From: Scenedesmus sp. PABB004
Taxonomy: Eukaryota
Direction: 5' to 3'
DNA: 64,000 bases
NCBI GenBank assembly: GCA_014905635.1
Contig: JABVCE010000027.1
Location: 434,001 to 498,000, forward strand
Every line of letters begins with the position of its first letter. The first letter of the stretch is position 1. Below are positions 47,851 through 59,700 of the stretch, one piece after another. The notes under the pieces were generated by a model that saw only the letters and a list, made by a program, of their open reading frames with translations, was not told the DNA's origin and ran no database searches. Position numbers and translations under genes: made by a program.

Positions 47851-49539
47851 ATGGCGGGGCTGCGCGGCCGTGAGCTGCGCCGCCGTGAGCGGCGCGGCAC
47901 GGGGGCGGGCAGCATGCAGGAGCCCGGCAAGGACGGGGGCGGCCCCGGCAGCGGCCGGGCGGGGCTGCGGGTGTCGGTGCACAACCAGAGCGCTCTAAGC
48001 ACCTCCGCACGGCTCGCCTGGCTGTTCGTGAGGTGCGCCGGGGCACGAGCAGCGGCGGCAGCGGCCACGCCCGCGCCCGCCGCGGCCCACGGCCCCCCCG
48101 CGCCGCACGCGCAGCGCGCTGGGCGTCTCATATCTGGCGTGCGCGTGGACGCTGTGCGCGGTGGCGCCCGTGGACGATGCGCAGTGGGCCGCGTTCAACG
48201 CCGAGGCGCGCGCGCCCGCAGCGGCAGCAGCAGCGGCTGCGGCGCCCGCCCGCGGCGGCGCCGCTGGGCACGCGCGCGCCGCGCCCAGCCTGCGCGTGCG
48301 CGCCGGCCGCGCAGGTCCCGTCGGGCGTGTTCACGTGGCAGCTCGCCGGCTTTGGCGGCGTGCTTGTCCTGAACGTCATCAACCTGGTCTTCTGCTCCAG
48401 CCCGGTGCAGTACAACTGCAACGTCCTGCTCGTGCTCATACACGGCGTGGCCTTTGCGACAGACTGGCTCATCCACGCGCAGGCCACGCCGCTGGTCACG
48501 TCCTGGGGCGGCCACAGGCGCGCGGGCGGCACGCGGGCGGCGTGCGGGCGGCGCGGCCGGCAGCGGGCGCGCGGCGGCGGCGCGTGACCCGCGCCCGGCG
48601 CTGCCCCGGCCCCCCCGCGCGGCGCGCAGGTTCATCCCGCTGCGCTACGTGCAGTGGGTGCACACGACGCCGACGATGATCCTGCTGATGTCGATGATGA
48701 GCGACCTGCCGCCCAGCACCGTCGCGTCCGCGGTCGCGGCGGACCTGGTCATGGTGGTCACCGGCCTCGGCGCGTCCTGGACCAACGGGCCGCTGCAGGT
48801 GCGGCGGCGCGGGTGGTGCGCGGTGCGGCCTTGCCGCAGTGCGCGCGGCCTGCAAAGGCGGTTGCCGCGCTGACGCGCCGTCGCCACGTCGCCGCGCCGC
48901 GCCGTGTGGCAGCTGGCGCTGCTGGGTGTGTCGTCAGGCATGTTTTGGCTGGTCATGCGCGTGGTGGTGGACATCTTCCGGGGCGCCATGGACGAGGCGA
49001 GCGGCGACCCCACGAGCCGGCTGCTGCTCGGGCGCATGCTCGCGCTCACGCTGGCGGTGTGGACCCTCTTCCCCGCCGTCTGGGTCGCGGCCTACGGCGG
49101 CATGCTCAGCATGGCCACGGAGCAGGCGCGGACGCGGCGTCGCGCGCGCGAGGGCTGCAGCGCGCGGCGGCTGCCGCCACACCGCGGCAGCCGCCGACCC
49201 CGCGCCCGCCGCGCGCGCCGCGGCCGCCGCGGGCAGGTGCTGTGGGGCGTGAGCGACTACGGCGCCAAGGTGGTCTTCAGCAGCCACCTGTGGCAGAAGA
49301 ACCTCGCGACTGTTGCGCAGCGGCGCGAGGCGGCGCAGGAGCTCATGGGCGCGCTCGACCGCGGGCTGCTGCTGGAGCGCGTGCGCAGCCTGCTCGCGGC
49401 CAAGGAGCGGCTCGTGTACGCGCTCAGCCACGAGCTGCGCGCGCCGATCAACGGCATGCTCGGTGAGCGCGCGCCGCGCCGCGCCGCGCCGCCCGCTGAC
49501 GCGCCGCCGCGCGACACCGCCGGCCAGGCCGAGCGGCGG

Positions 49540-49570
<31 letters not shown>

Positions 49571-52500
49571 CGCTGACGCGCCGCCGCGCCGCCGCGCCGC
49601 CCGCGCGCGGCTGCAGCGCTGGTGCAGGAGCTGCTGCACAACAAGAGCCAGTCGTCTGCGAGCCGCACCAAGATGCTGCTCATGATCCGCTCCAGCGCGA
49701 CCTGCCTGCTCAACACCATCAGCACCACGCTCAGCGGCAGCGCGCAGCCCAGCGCCCAGCTCGGCCCGCTCGGCGTGCGCCGGCTGCACAGGGTGGGCGG
49801 CCGAGGCCCGCGCCTGCGCACGCCCGCGCGCCCGCGCGCCCACGCGCGCCGGTCGCTCAAGCGCGCGCGCCGGCGCCGGCGCGCAGGTGCGCCTGTGGCG
49901 CGTCACGGAGCACGTGCTGCGCCTCGCGCGGCCGCTGGTGAAGGACCACGTGCGCCTGATCAACGGCGTGCCGCGCAACATGCCGCCAGTCAAGGGGGAC
50001 AGCATGCGGCTCATGCAGGTCCGACACCGCGCGCGCGCACGCCGGCCCAGGCCCAGGCGCCGCTGCGCCGCGCGTGGCGCGCCGCGCCCACGCGCCGCCG
50101 CCGGCGGGGGCGGGGGCGCAGGTGCTGATGAACCTGGTGGCCACGAGCCTCAAGTTCACGCACGCCGGCGACATCCGCGTCACCGCGAGCGCCGCGGACG
50201 AGGCCGCGACCGTCACCGTGGCCGACACGGGCAGCGGCATCCCGCCCGAGCAGCTCGCGACGGCGCTGGACCCGTTTGAGCCGGTGGGCCGCTGGCGCGG
50301 GCGCGGCGCGGCGCCCGTCCCGCGCCGCGCCGCCGCTGACTGCCCGGCCGCCGCCCGCAGGGCGGCGAGGAGACGCGCGACGCGTGGGAGGTGTGCCGCA
50401 GCGGTCTGGGGCTGTACCTGGTGCAGCAGGCGCTGGCGGGCATGGGCAGCAGCATCTCCGCCAGCAGCGAGGTGGGGCGGGGGAGCAGCTTTGTGTTTGA
50501 GCTGCCGCTCGCGGACAGCGACTGCGAGAGCGAGAGCGAGGCGGACACCGACGTGTTCAGCGAGGCCGGAAGGTGCGCGCCAGCGCGCCGCAGCGCGCCG
50601 CAACGCCGGCGGGGCCCCCTGCCGACGCGCGCCGCCGACGCCGCCGGCGCCGCCGCCGCTGCGTCGGCTCGCCGCAGCTTGCGCGCGAGCTTGGAGCTGG
50701 CAGACTTGGACGGCACCGCGTGGCGCGGCGGCCCCGGCGGCAGCCTGCTGGCGGCCAGCGAGTCTGCGGCGTCTGTCAGCAGCAGGGGGCGCAACTCCAT
50801 GGACTTGCTGGCGCCGCCGGGCCAGGGCGCCGCGGCGCCGCCGCAGTCCTCGCTCCCGGGCGGTGCAAGCGGCGCCAACACTGCCGGCAGCAGCGCCTTG
50901 GAGCTGGGAGGCCAGGAGCTGCAGGCGCCTACCACGGCGGGCGGCGGCGCCGCCAGGGCAGCGCCGGGCCAGGCAGTGGCCGGCGGCGGCAACGACCCCT
51001 CGAGCGGCACCGAGCCCGCGGCCGGCGCCGAGCCGGGCGGTGCCGACGGCGCGCTGGGCGGGCCCTGCGGCGGCGCGGGGCTGGGCCCGCCCAAGCCGAG
51101 CCACCGCAGCGTGCGGGGCGGGCGCATCCAGGTGCTGAGCGTCGACGACGACCCGGTGAACCAGCTGGTCGCCGGCACGGCGCTGCGCAGCCACAAGTGG
51201 GAGGTCGTCAAGTGCATGAGCGGCGGCGAGGTGCGCCGCCGCGTGCGGGCCGCGCGGCGGGCGCCGCGCGGTGGCGGCGCCGCGCCCGCCCGCCCGCCCG
51301 CGCCGCGGCCGCCAGCGCACCCGTGCGCCCCCACGGCCGCGCGCGCGCGCGGCGCGCAGGCGCTCGAGTACCTGAGCAGCGGGTGCGATGTGATGCCGGA
51401 CCTGGTGCTGCTGGACGTGATGATGCCCAGCATGAGCGGCTACGAGGTCGCGGCGCGCATACGAGCGACATACCCCTCCAGCCTGCTGCCCATCATCATG
51501 GTGCGCGCGCCCCGCGCGCAGCGCGCCGCGCGCGCGCCGCACAGCACAGCACAGCACACAGCGGCGGCGGCGCCGCAGCGGCAGCGGCGCGGCCGCGTGG
51601 CGCGCCGAGCCCCCACGCCCCCGCGCGCGCCCGCGTCGCCGCGTCCCCGCGCCCTGCCGCGGCGCGCAGGTGTCGGCCAAGACTGAGGAGGAGGACATAG
51701 TGCAGGGCCTGCGCTGCGGCGCGGACGACTACATCACCAAGCCCTTCAAGCGCGCGGAGCTGGCGGCCCGCATCCGCGCCCACATCCGCGCGCGAGACGC
51801 GTTTGCCGAGGCGCAGGCCGTCGAGGCGGCGTGGCAGCTCGCACACAACCTGCTGCCCCCCAACGTGCAGCGCAAGCTGCGCGCCGGGGAGACGGTCATC
51901 GCGGAGAGCCACCCCGCTGCGAGCGTGCTCTGGGCGGAGGTCGTCGGCGGCGCGGCGCCCAGCCCCGGCGCGGCGCGAGAGGAGCAGCACGCAGCGCCGC
52001 CGCGGCCCGGCGCGGCGCCGGGCGCCGCGGGCGGCGCCGCCGCCAACGGCGCGGCGCTCGTGGCCCTCGGCGGCGGGCCCGGCCCGGGCGGCGTCGGCGG
52101 CGGGCTGACGCCGGCGGAGGCGGTGGTGACGCTGAACAGCCTGTACACGACGTGGGAGGAGCTGTGCGCGCGGGAGGAGGTGCTGGGCGTCGACTTCAGC
52201 GGCAGCACGTTTGTGGTGGTCAGCGGGCACGATGACGACCCCGGTCACCTGCTCAAGGTGCTGGCCACCGCGGAGGCCATGCTGCGCGCGGCGGCGGGCA
52301 TGCGCCAGGCCGACGGCAGCGCGCTCGCGGTGCGGCTGGGCCTGGCCAGCGGGCCGCTGACCACGGGCCTGGTGGGCAGCAAGGTGGTCAAGCTCGTGCT
52401 CATGGGCGACACGGTGGAGGTCGCGCGCGCGCTGGCAGCGAGCGGCAGCACCCTCGGCCTGCACATCAGCGGCGCCGTGCACGCGGCGCTCGGGCCCGCC

Positions 52501-53979
52501 GCAGCGGCGGCAATGCCCTGGACGCTGCAGGCGCTGCCGGGCTGCGCTGCGCGCGCACACACCTACCTGCTGCCGCTGGGCGGCGGCGCCGGGGGCGTGC
52601 CCGCGCGCGGCGCCGACCAGGTGGCACGCCTGGACACCGGCCAGCGCCAGCGGCAGGGCAGCGGCAGCGAGCTCGCGGGGCCGAGCAGCGCAGACGGCAG
52701 CGTGGGGCGCGCCCCGCGCTTCGTACCCGCCCCCGGCAGCTGCGGCACCCCGGGCAGCGGCCAGGCGGCCGCCGCTGGCCTGGTGAGCGCGGCGCTGCCG
52801 GCCCCGGCCCCTGGCGGCTCGGTCGGCTTTGGCCGCAGCAGCGTCAGCAGCAGGCCGGGCAGCGCCCGCGCCAGCAGGGACGTGCGGCCGCAGGCCGGCA
52901 GCGGCGGCGCGGCGGCGGCGGCCAACGGCGCCGCTGCGGCCGGCGCCGAGGGCGTCGCGGAGGACTGGCTGCTGGTGAGCCCCGCGCGCGCGGCCGCGGC
53001 GGCGCGGGACCCAGCGCACATGGTGTCAGCTGCTCCACCCTGCCGCGCGCTCACCCCGCCGACGCGTGCCGCGCCGCCGCAGAGCGACAGCACGCAGCTG
53101 CGCGGCGCCTGCAGCAACAGCGGCAGCCCCGTTGTGACTCGGCACCAGCTGGCGGCGCTGCCAGCGGCCGTGGCGAGGGCCGCTGCGGCAGCTGCGGGCG
53201 GCGCCGGCGGCCAGGACGCGGACGGGGCGCAGTCTGCCGCGTCGGCGCTGCTGGCACAGCTGGGGACCGAGCGCCAGCAGCTGCAGCAGGCGCTGCTGGA
53301 GCGCACCCAGGCTGCGGCGGCGTCGCAGGCCGAGCTGGGCTGCGTTCGCGCGCAGCTGGGCGAGGCGCGCGCAGCAGCCGCCAGCCACGCTGGCACGGTC
53401 GAGGCGCTGCGCTCGCAGCTGGGCGCGGCGCTCATGCGGGCGCACCTGGCCGACTGCTGGCGCGCGCTGGCGACGATGCGGGGCCAGATGAGCAGCCTCA
53501 GCGCCGCCCTTCCGGGGAGCCTGGCGGGGCCGCCGCAGACCCTCGCGCTGCTGGGCGCGCCCGCCGGCCGCGCGAGCGGCAGCAGCGTGGGCGGCTCGCT
53601 GGCCGGCGGCTCGCTGGCCGGCGGCGACGCGGCCGGCGCCAGCCCCCTGCCCGGCCTGGACGCGCCGCCGGGCGGCGGCGCCGCGAGCGTCGTGGGCGCC
53701 AGCAGCGTCGGCGGCGCGCCGGGCAGCCCCGGCGCTGCGCAGCCGGCGCTGGCGCAGCTGCTGGCGCAGCAGTCGGCGCAGCTCACCGCGCTGCAGCAGC
53801 AGCAGCTGCTGCTGCTGGCGGGCCTGCAGCAGCAGGGCGCAGGGCTTGGCAGCCAGGCGTGGCCCGGCAGCGCCGGCGGCCTGCAGCCAGCGGGCTCCGC
53901 GACCGGCCCCGAGCAGCTGCCGGCCGCGCGCGCCAGCGGCGCCGGCAGCGCCGGCAGGGCCGGCGGCGCGGCGGGCTGA
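47851..53979 (+). CDS. Histidine-kinase rhodopsin: rhodopsin + HisKA/HATPase + receiver + degenerate class III nucleotide cyclase (start at 47851 or 47914)
   Basis: Helix C PLRYVQWVHTTPTMI, helix F VWTLFPAVW, helix G SDYGAKVVFS (retinal Lys); H-box SHELRAPINGM; GDSMRLMQ/VLMNLVATSLKFT, VADTGSGIP, GLGLYLV; receiver VLSVDDDPVNQ..PDLVLLDVMMP.MSGYEV..DDYITKPF; cyclase-like NLLP...VRLGLASGP..G.VG...GDTV. Confidence 0.93.
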
Positions 53980-54281
53980 GAGCCGGCGGCGCGGCGGCGA
54001 CGAGGGCGGCGTGAATGCACGTCTCCCTGGCCGCAGTCACCTAGCGTGCTCTCTCGTGTTTCATGCTTTCTAGGGCTTTGTGAGCAGCAGCAACCCAACC
54101 GGTGATCCCGATTCCACACTTCTGCTGCTGGGGTTCGGCGCCGGTCTCGGTGCGTTTAGCGGCTGCTGAAACCGAGCTGCCCCCCTCTTCTTGCGTTCGC
54201 ATCCCGGTCTACTCCCTGAGCCGATCCAAGTCTCACCGCGCAGCCCGCCTCCAGTCCGGACGGGCAGCGGCAGCAGCAGAG

Positions 54282-55880
54282 ATGGATGCCCAGGGGTGGC
54301 TCGGCCTGGGCCTGCACGGCGGCGGAGATGATGCCGAGGGCGCCGTGGACATCCCGCCCGCAGGCGTGGCGCTCGCAGGCGCCTTGATCTTCGTGCAGAT
54401 CGCGCTGAGCGCACGGTGCGCTGCTGCTGCGCCGCTGCCGCGGCGCTCGGGCGGCGGCGGGCGCGGCACGCTCGCGGGCCGCGCGGCGCCAGGACGCGCT
54501 GCCAGGCTGCTTTGGGTGGCAGAGGCGCTGCGCCGGGCTGACCCTTTCCGCCGCCGCCGCCGCCGCCGCCAGGCTCGGCCTCGGCCTGCACTCGCAGCTC
54601 GCGATCGGCGGGGTGCGGTGCGTGGCGCAGCTGTCGCTGCTGGGGCTCATCCTGAAGCCCATCTTCACCTCCAACAGCGCCGCGCTCGTCGCGGCGTACG
54701 CGGGGTTTATGATCATGGTGAGCGCGGCCGAGGCGCTCGGCCGGCCGCCGGTGACGTACCGCTTCATGTTCCTGCACACCCTGCTCATCATCGCGGCGGT
54801 CGCGGCGAGCAGCATCGCCTACGCCCTGCTCGTCATCCTGCGCGTCACGCCCTGGTGGGCGCCGCAGGTGCGGCGCGCGCCGCGGCGCGCGGCCCGGCGC
54901 GGCGGCTGCGCCCGCCCCCGCGCGCGCCCGCCCACGCGCTCGCCTGCACGCCGTTGGCGGCGCCAGTACCTCATCCCGCTGCTGGGCATGCTGCTGGGCA
55001 ACACCATCAGCGGCATCAGCGTGGGCCTCACCGCGGTGCTCGACGAGCTCGCCGGCGGCGCGGAGCGCGTGGAGCGCCTGCTCGCGCTCGGCGCGACGCG
55101 GCGCGAGGCGAGCGCCGACCTGCTGCGCCGCGCGCTGCGCCTGGCCATGACACCGCTGCTGAACCAGATGAGCGTGGTGGGCCTGGTCAGCATCCCCGGC
55201 ATGATGACCGGCCAGATCCTCGGCGGCGGCCGCCCAGACACCGCGGCGCGGTGCGGGGCAAGAGCGCCGGGGGGCCTGCCGGCCCACGCGCCGCTGTCCG
55301 TCGCCGCGCGGCCGCCCGCCCGCCGCCTCACGCCCAGCACCCCTGCTCACCCTCGCACCCCCCCTTGTGTACGGGGGTGGTCAGGTACCAGATGATGGTC
55401 ATGTTCCTGCTCGGCTCCGCCTCCACCGCCGGCGCGGTCGCGTCCACGCACGCCGCGCTGTTTGCCGTCATCGACGCCCAGCACCGCCTGCACCCGGAGC
55501 GCCTGCACCGACGCCCGCACGGCGCCGCGGGGGGCGTCAACGGCCTCGTCAACGCGGCGGCCATGGCGGTGTGGGCCGCGCGAGCGCGCGCGCGGCCGAG
55601 CGCGCCGCGGCCCGGCGGGCGCCGCCACACCGCGTGCGCTCAAGCGCGCGCTCGCGGCCCGCCCTCCGCTTGCCGCCCGCAGGTGTGGCGCGCGGTCGCA
55701 GGGGCGTGCAGCAGGACCGCCGCGTGCTGCTGCTGCTGCCTGCGGCGAGCCGAGCCACCAGCGCAGTGCGCCCCCGACGGCGCGGGGCGCGAGGCGACCG
55801 GGAGCGGCGCTGGCGCGCTCGAGGAGGCGAAGCAGCCGCTGCTGGGGGGGCCGGGCGGCAGAGACGGCAGCGACGCGTGA
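54282..55880 (+). CDS. UPF0014 family membrane protein (FetB/YbbM, ALS3/STAR2-like permease)
   Basis: RCVAQLSLLGLILKPIF, QYLIPLLGMLLGN, ERLLALGATRREA, AMTPLLNQMSVVGLVSIPGMMTGQILGG, YQMMVMFL. Confidence 0.94.
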   Translation: MDAQGWLGLGLHGGGDDAEGAVDIPPAGVALAGALIFVQIALSARCAAAAPLPRRSGGGGRGTLAGRAAPGRAARLLWVAEALRRADPFRRRRRRRQARPRPALAARDRRGAVRGAAVAAGAHPEAHLHLQQRRARRGVRGVYDHGERGRGARPAAGDVPLHVPAHPAHHRGGRGEQHRLRPARHPARHALVGAAGAARAAARGPARRLRPPPRAPAHALACTPLAAPVPHPAAGHAAGQHHQRHQRGPHRGARRARRRRGARGAPARARRDAARGERRPAAPRAAPGHDTAAEPDERGGPGQHPRHDDRPDPRRRPPRHRGAVRGKSAGGPAGPRAAVRRRAAARPPPHAQHPCSPSHPPLCTGVVRYQMMVMFLLGSASTAGAVASTHAALFAVIDAQHRLHPERLHRRPHGAAGGVNGLVNAAAMAVWAARARARPSAPRPGGRRHTACAQARARGPPSACRPQVWRAVAGACSRTAACCCCCLRRAEPPAQCAPDGAGREATGSGAGALEEAKQPLLGGPGGRDGSDA

Positions 55881-56738
55881 TGTGCTGCCGGCAGCGGAAA
55901 CTGTCGGGTGTGACAATCAGCTCGGCCCTCTGCCCGTGAGCATGCGCGCTGCAGCAGTGAGCTGGGTCCGTTCCTGGGGAGCCGCCACGGTGACGCGCCG
56001 CTGACGGCAGCCTGTGCCAGCGCAGCTCCTGCGGCGCGCGGCTGACTCCCGCTTCGCTGCGCCAAGCGTCACCAGACGAGTGAGCGAGGAAGCCCACGGG
56101 TTGGAGGGTTACTCTTGAGTCCAGCGGCGCGTCAGCCACTGCCATGCCACACAACATTAAATGCTGCGCAGAGGCTGACTGAAGATTCCAGCAGTAAGCC
56201 GCTATTACGGGTTAAGAGGTTTCAGGGTTGATGGAAGCGGCAAGCTGCTTCATCAGCTGCTGCTTCCATGTCGTGTCATGATTGCGCGACGTGTGCAGTG
56301 CCAATAGTGCATAGACTGCAGTGCGCCTACTGCAGAGGAGTGCGCCGTCATCAGCGCACCAGACCTGGTGCCAATGCAGAAGGCATGAAGGGCATGCATG
56401 GAAAACCAACTCTCTCTCGGCGGCGCGGCAAGGATGGGGTGGGGAGTGGGCCCGAATCAAGGGCCCGAAAGGAGCACGCGCCAAAAACTGCGCGCCAAGA
56501 ACGCAGTCCAAAGCAAATCCAAAGCAAACCACTAGGGCGTGGCTGACAGGGCGGTCTGTCCTGCTCCGCACGCGCGCGCACAAACGCACGCGGGGCATGG
56601 CTGACCCCCGCAGCTCGGCAGCAGTGCTGCAGCTGCCGGCGCCGGGCACGCGTGCGCGCACGTGCGCAGCCCTGGGGCGGCGCGCCGCTCCGTGCTGGGG
56701 CGCCGTCGGTGGGGCTCACCCTAGCCCCGTCACCGGCT

Positions 56739-59700
56739 CTAGAGCTCGTAGAGCGTGAAGCTGAGGTTGTCGATGCCGACCACGTTGTCCGTGTCGCTGC
56801 CGGACGACACGAGCACGTCGTTGACCATGAACACCATCCCGTCGCCGCTCGCCACGCTGCTGGTCGGTGTCACGACAACGTCAAAGGTCTGCTGGTTCGC
56901 CGCGTCATCGCCGTCCACGGGGCCCGCCGTGACCCCCGTGACCGTGGACGAGACCGTCGTCAGGTGGTTGCTGGCACTGGACGATCCGGGGACGGAGGGC
57001 CGGTTGACAACAGCTGAGGTGCTGCTGTCGATGCTGGAATATGTCGCAGCGAAAAACTTGTAAAACCAGAACTTGAGCTCTGGCTGGGCGGCGGTGGTGG
57101 TCCCGCGCCACCACGTCTTGAACGTGCCCTTGATGCGCAGGCGTGTGCCGGTGAAGCCGGTGTGCTTGACGGCGACGCCGTACTCAGGGGCTGTGCCGTT
57201 CCTGCCGCGCGAGCCGAGCGCGCACTCGGTTGCGTTGTTCGGGTTGCACAGCCGCAGGAAGCCGGTCGGCGGCTGCGCGCGGGGGAAGGGGGTGGGGGGC
57301 AGGTGGCAGCAACTCAGGGGCGTGGTTCGTGGCTCGCCGCGGCGTGCAGCGCGCGCTGGGCGTGCGCGCAGCGCGCGCTGGGCGCAGCCGGCCCCACCTG
57401 CGCTGCGGCCGGGTCGTACGACAGCAGCGGGAGGTTGGTTGCCCCCGACGTGGTCCACAGGAAGTACCGCACGAACGACGGCGTGGAGGCGGTGGCGGGC
57501 AGCCACCGGCCGGACAGGGAGGCGGTGCTGTTGTCGGGGAGCTCTGAGAGGTCGTTGAAGTCAAGAAAATATGTCGTCTCGCCTGCAGCCGACCGGGGGC
57601 GGGCGCGCGTGCGTGTGTGAGCCCCGCGCGAGCGCGGGCAGCAGACAGGCCCGCAGCCGCCGAGCCCCCACCCCCTCCTCCCGTCCCCTCGCGCGCCGGG
57701 CGGCAAGGGCGCGCGTGCGGCGCTCACAGATGACCCTGATCGTCAGGGTGACGTGGCTGCTCGTGTCGCTGCCGCCGTTGGCGGTGCCGCCGCTGTCGGT
57801 GAGGTAGACGTCCAGGAACGCACTGCCGCACGTGGTGCCGTCCGTGGTGAAGGTCAGCCTGCCCATGTTGCCTGCGAGCGGGGCGCGTGCGCGAGCGCGC
57901 GGTCAGGGGGGTGGCCGCAGCAGCCGGCCAGGGCAGCCGCGCGCAGCAGTCACGGCCGCCGCGCGCGGCGCAGCACGCACCGACTGCTGAGCTGATGGCG
58001 GGCTGCGTGCCAAAGAGGGCGGTGTTGGAATTGCTCCCAATGACAAACGTAAGCTGCTGCCCGCTCTCGTCGGCCGGACCCGTTTGAATGTTGGTGGCCC
58101 ACTGCGGCGCGCGCAGACAGGCAGCCGGTGGGCACAGGCGGCAGGGGGCGCGCCAGCGCGCGGGGCCTGGGCTGCTCCGGCCACCAGCAGCCGCTGGCTG
58201 GGGGCAGCGCGTGCTGCCCAGCCCGAATCTCACCGCCTGATCGTACTGCACACCCTGGCCGTTGCTGGTGTCGATCTGAGCGACCTGAATGTTGGTGTTC
58301 CCCGGCGTGAAGGTCGGGGGGTCGTTCACTGCGCGTGGCGCGGGCGAGAGCAGCGCGAGCTCGGTCGGCGCCGGGGCGCGCAGCAAGCGCTGGCGTGGCG
58401 CGCTGCTCGCACGCGCGCCAAGAACAGCAGCCCACCTGGCACGACTATGAGCGCGAAGCTCTGCACTGTCAAGGCACTGCCCCCGGACGTGCCACTGGCG
58501 TCATCGGTGACTGCGACGCTGCACGTCGCCACGCCATTGGCGTGTTGGGCGACCACAAAGCTCAGGTCCCAACTGGCCGCCCCGGTCTGGGTAAGCGCAG
58601 GCTGCGTCGTGAAGGTGAGGCCACCTGCGCACGTCACCGTGGCACTCACGATCTGCTGCCCTGCGTCCACAGGGTCTGCGCACGTGATGAACGGGGACAC
58701 AGTCCAGCTGGAGGGGAGATCCTCGTACGCCGTGACCGTTGCGGGGATGGTGAACGTGGGCGGGGTGTTGCCTGAGCCGCTCGCTGCGCGGGAACAGCAA
58801 CAGGCAGATGTGAGGGCGGTGTGAGGGCAGGCAGGTGGCGGTCGGTGCTGAACAAGGCGTCCTGCTGCCCCGCTGTGGCGCCTGCGCGGCTGCCCGCACA
58901 GAGGGCGCGTGCCCGAGCACGGCCGCCGACCGCCACGGCACCGCCACCCCCGCGCAACTCACTGGTGCAGGCCGCGGGTGTGGTCACCGTCCACTGACCG
59001 CTCTGGCAGGTCGCCACGGGCGCCGTGCCGCTGTTGCCGCTGTTGCAGGAGCCCGTGCACGTGCTGCCGTCTGCGGTGGGGCAGGAGCCAGGCCACGCAG
59101 CGTTGGTGCCGGCCGACGAAGCCACAGAGGTGGAACACGTGACAGGGGTCACTGGGCAGGGGCGGCAGCGGCGCAAAGAGGTCAGGCGTCAGGTGGCAGC
59201 GGCCTCGGCGGTGCAGCAGGCCGATGCAACCAGGCAGCCGCGCCCGCTGCGCGCGCAAGCTCACCGGTGCAGGCCGCGGGCGTGGTCACCGTCCACTGAC
59301 CGCTCTGGCAGGTCGCCACGGGCGCCGTGCCGCTGCTGCCGCTGTTGCAGGAGCCCGTGCACGTGCTGCCGTCTGCGGTGGGGCAGGAGCCAGGCCACGC
59401 AGCGTTGGTGCCGGCCGACGAAGCCACAGAGGTGGAACACGTGACAGGGGTCACTGGGCAGGGGCGGCAGCGGCGCAAAGAGGTCAGGCGTCAGGTGGCA
59501 GCGGCCTCGGCGGTGCAGCAGGCCGATGCAACCAGGCAGCCGCGCCCGCTGCGCGCGCAAGCTCACCGGTGCAGGCCGCGGGCGTGGTCACAGTCCACTG
59601 ACCGCTCTGGCAGGTCGCCACGGGCGCCGTGCCGCTGCTGCCGCTGTTGCAGGAGCCCGTGCACGTGCTGCCGTCTGCGGTGGGGCAGGAGCCAGGCCAC

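Noticed and set aside
47835..47873. Short upstream ORF (MIERCDGGAARP*) overlapping the HKR start
   Set aside because: It could be regulatory, but it cannot be told from chance without TSS or ribosome-profiling data.
47851..49460. Cytokinin receptor (CHASE histidine kinase) next to LOG
   Set aside because: The sensor is a microbial-rhodopsin domain with the retinal Lys; there is no CHASE domain.
51946..52119. Gly/Ala-rich insertion in the cyclase as an unrecognised intron
   Set aside because: The only branch-point/AG combination I found would remove the conserved LTPAE segment, and the frame is open throughout. It is not fully excluded without RNA data, and removing it would not restore the downstream catalytic residues.
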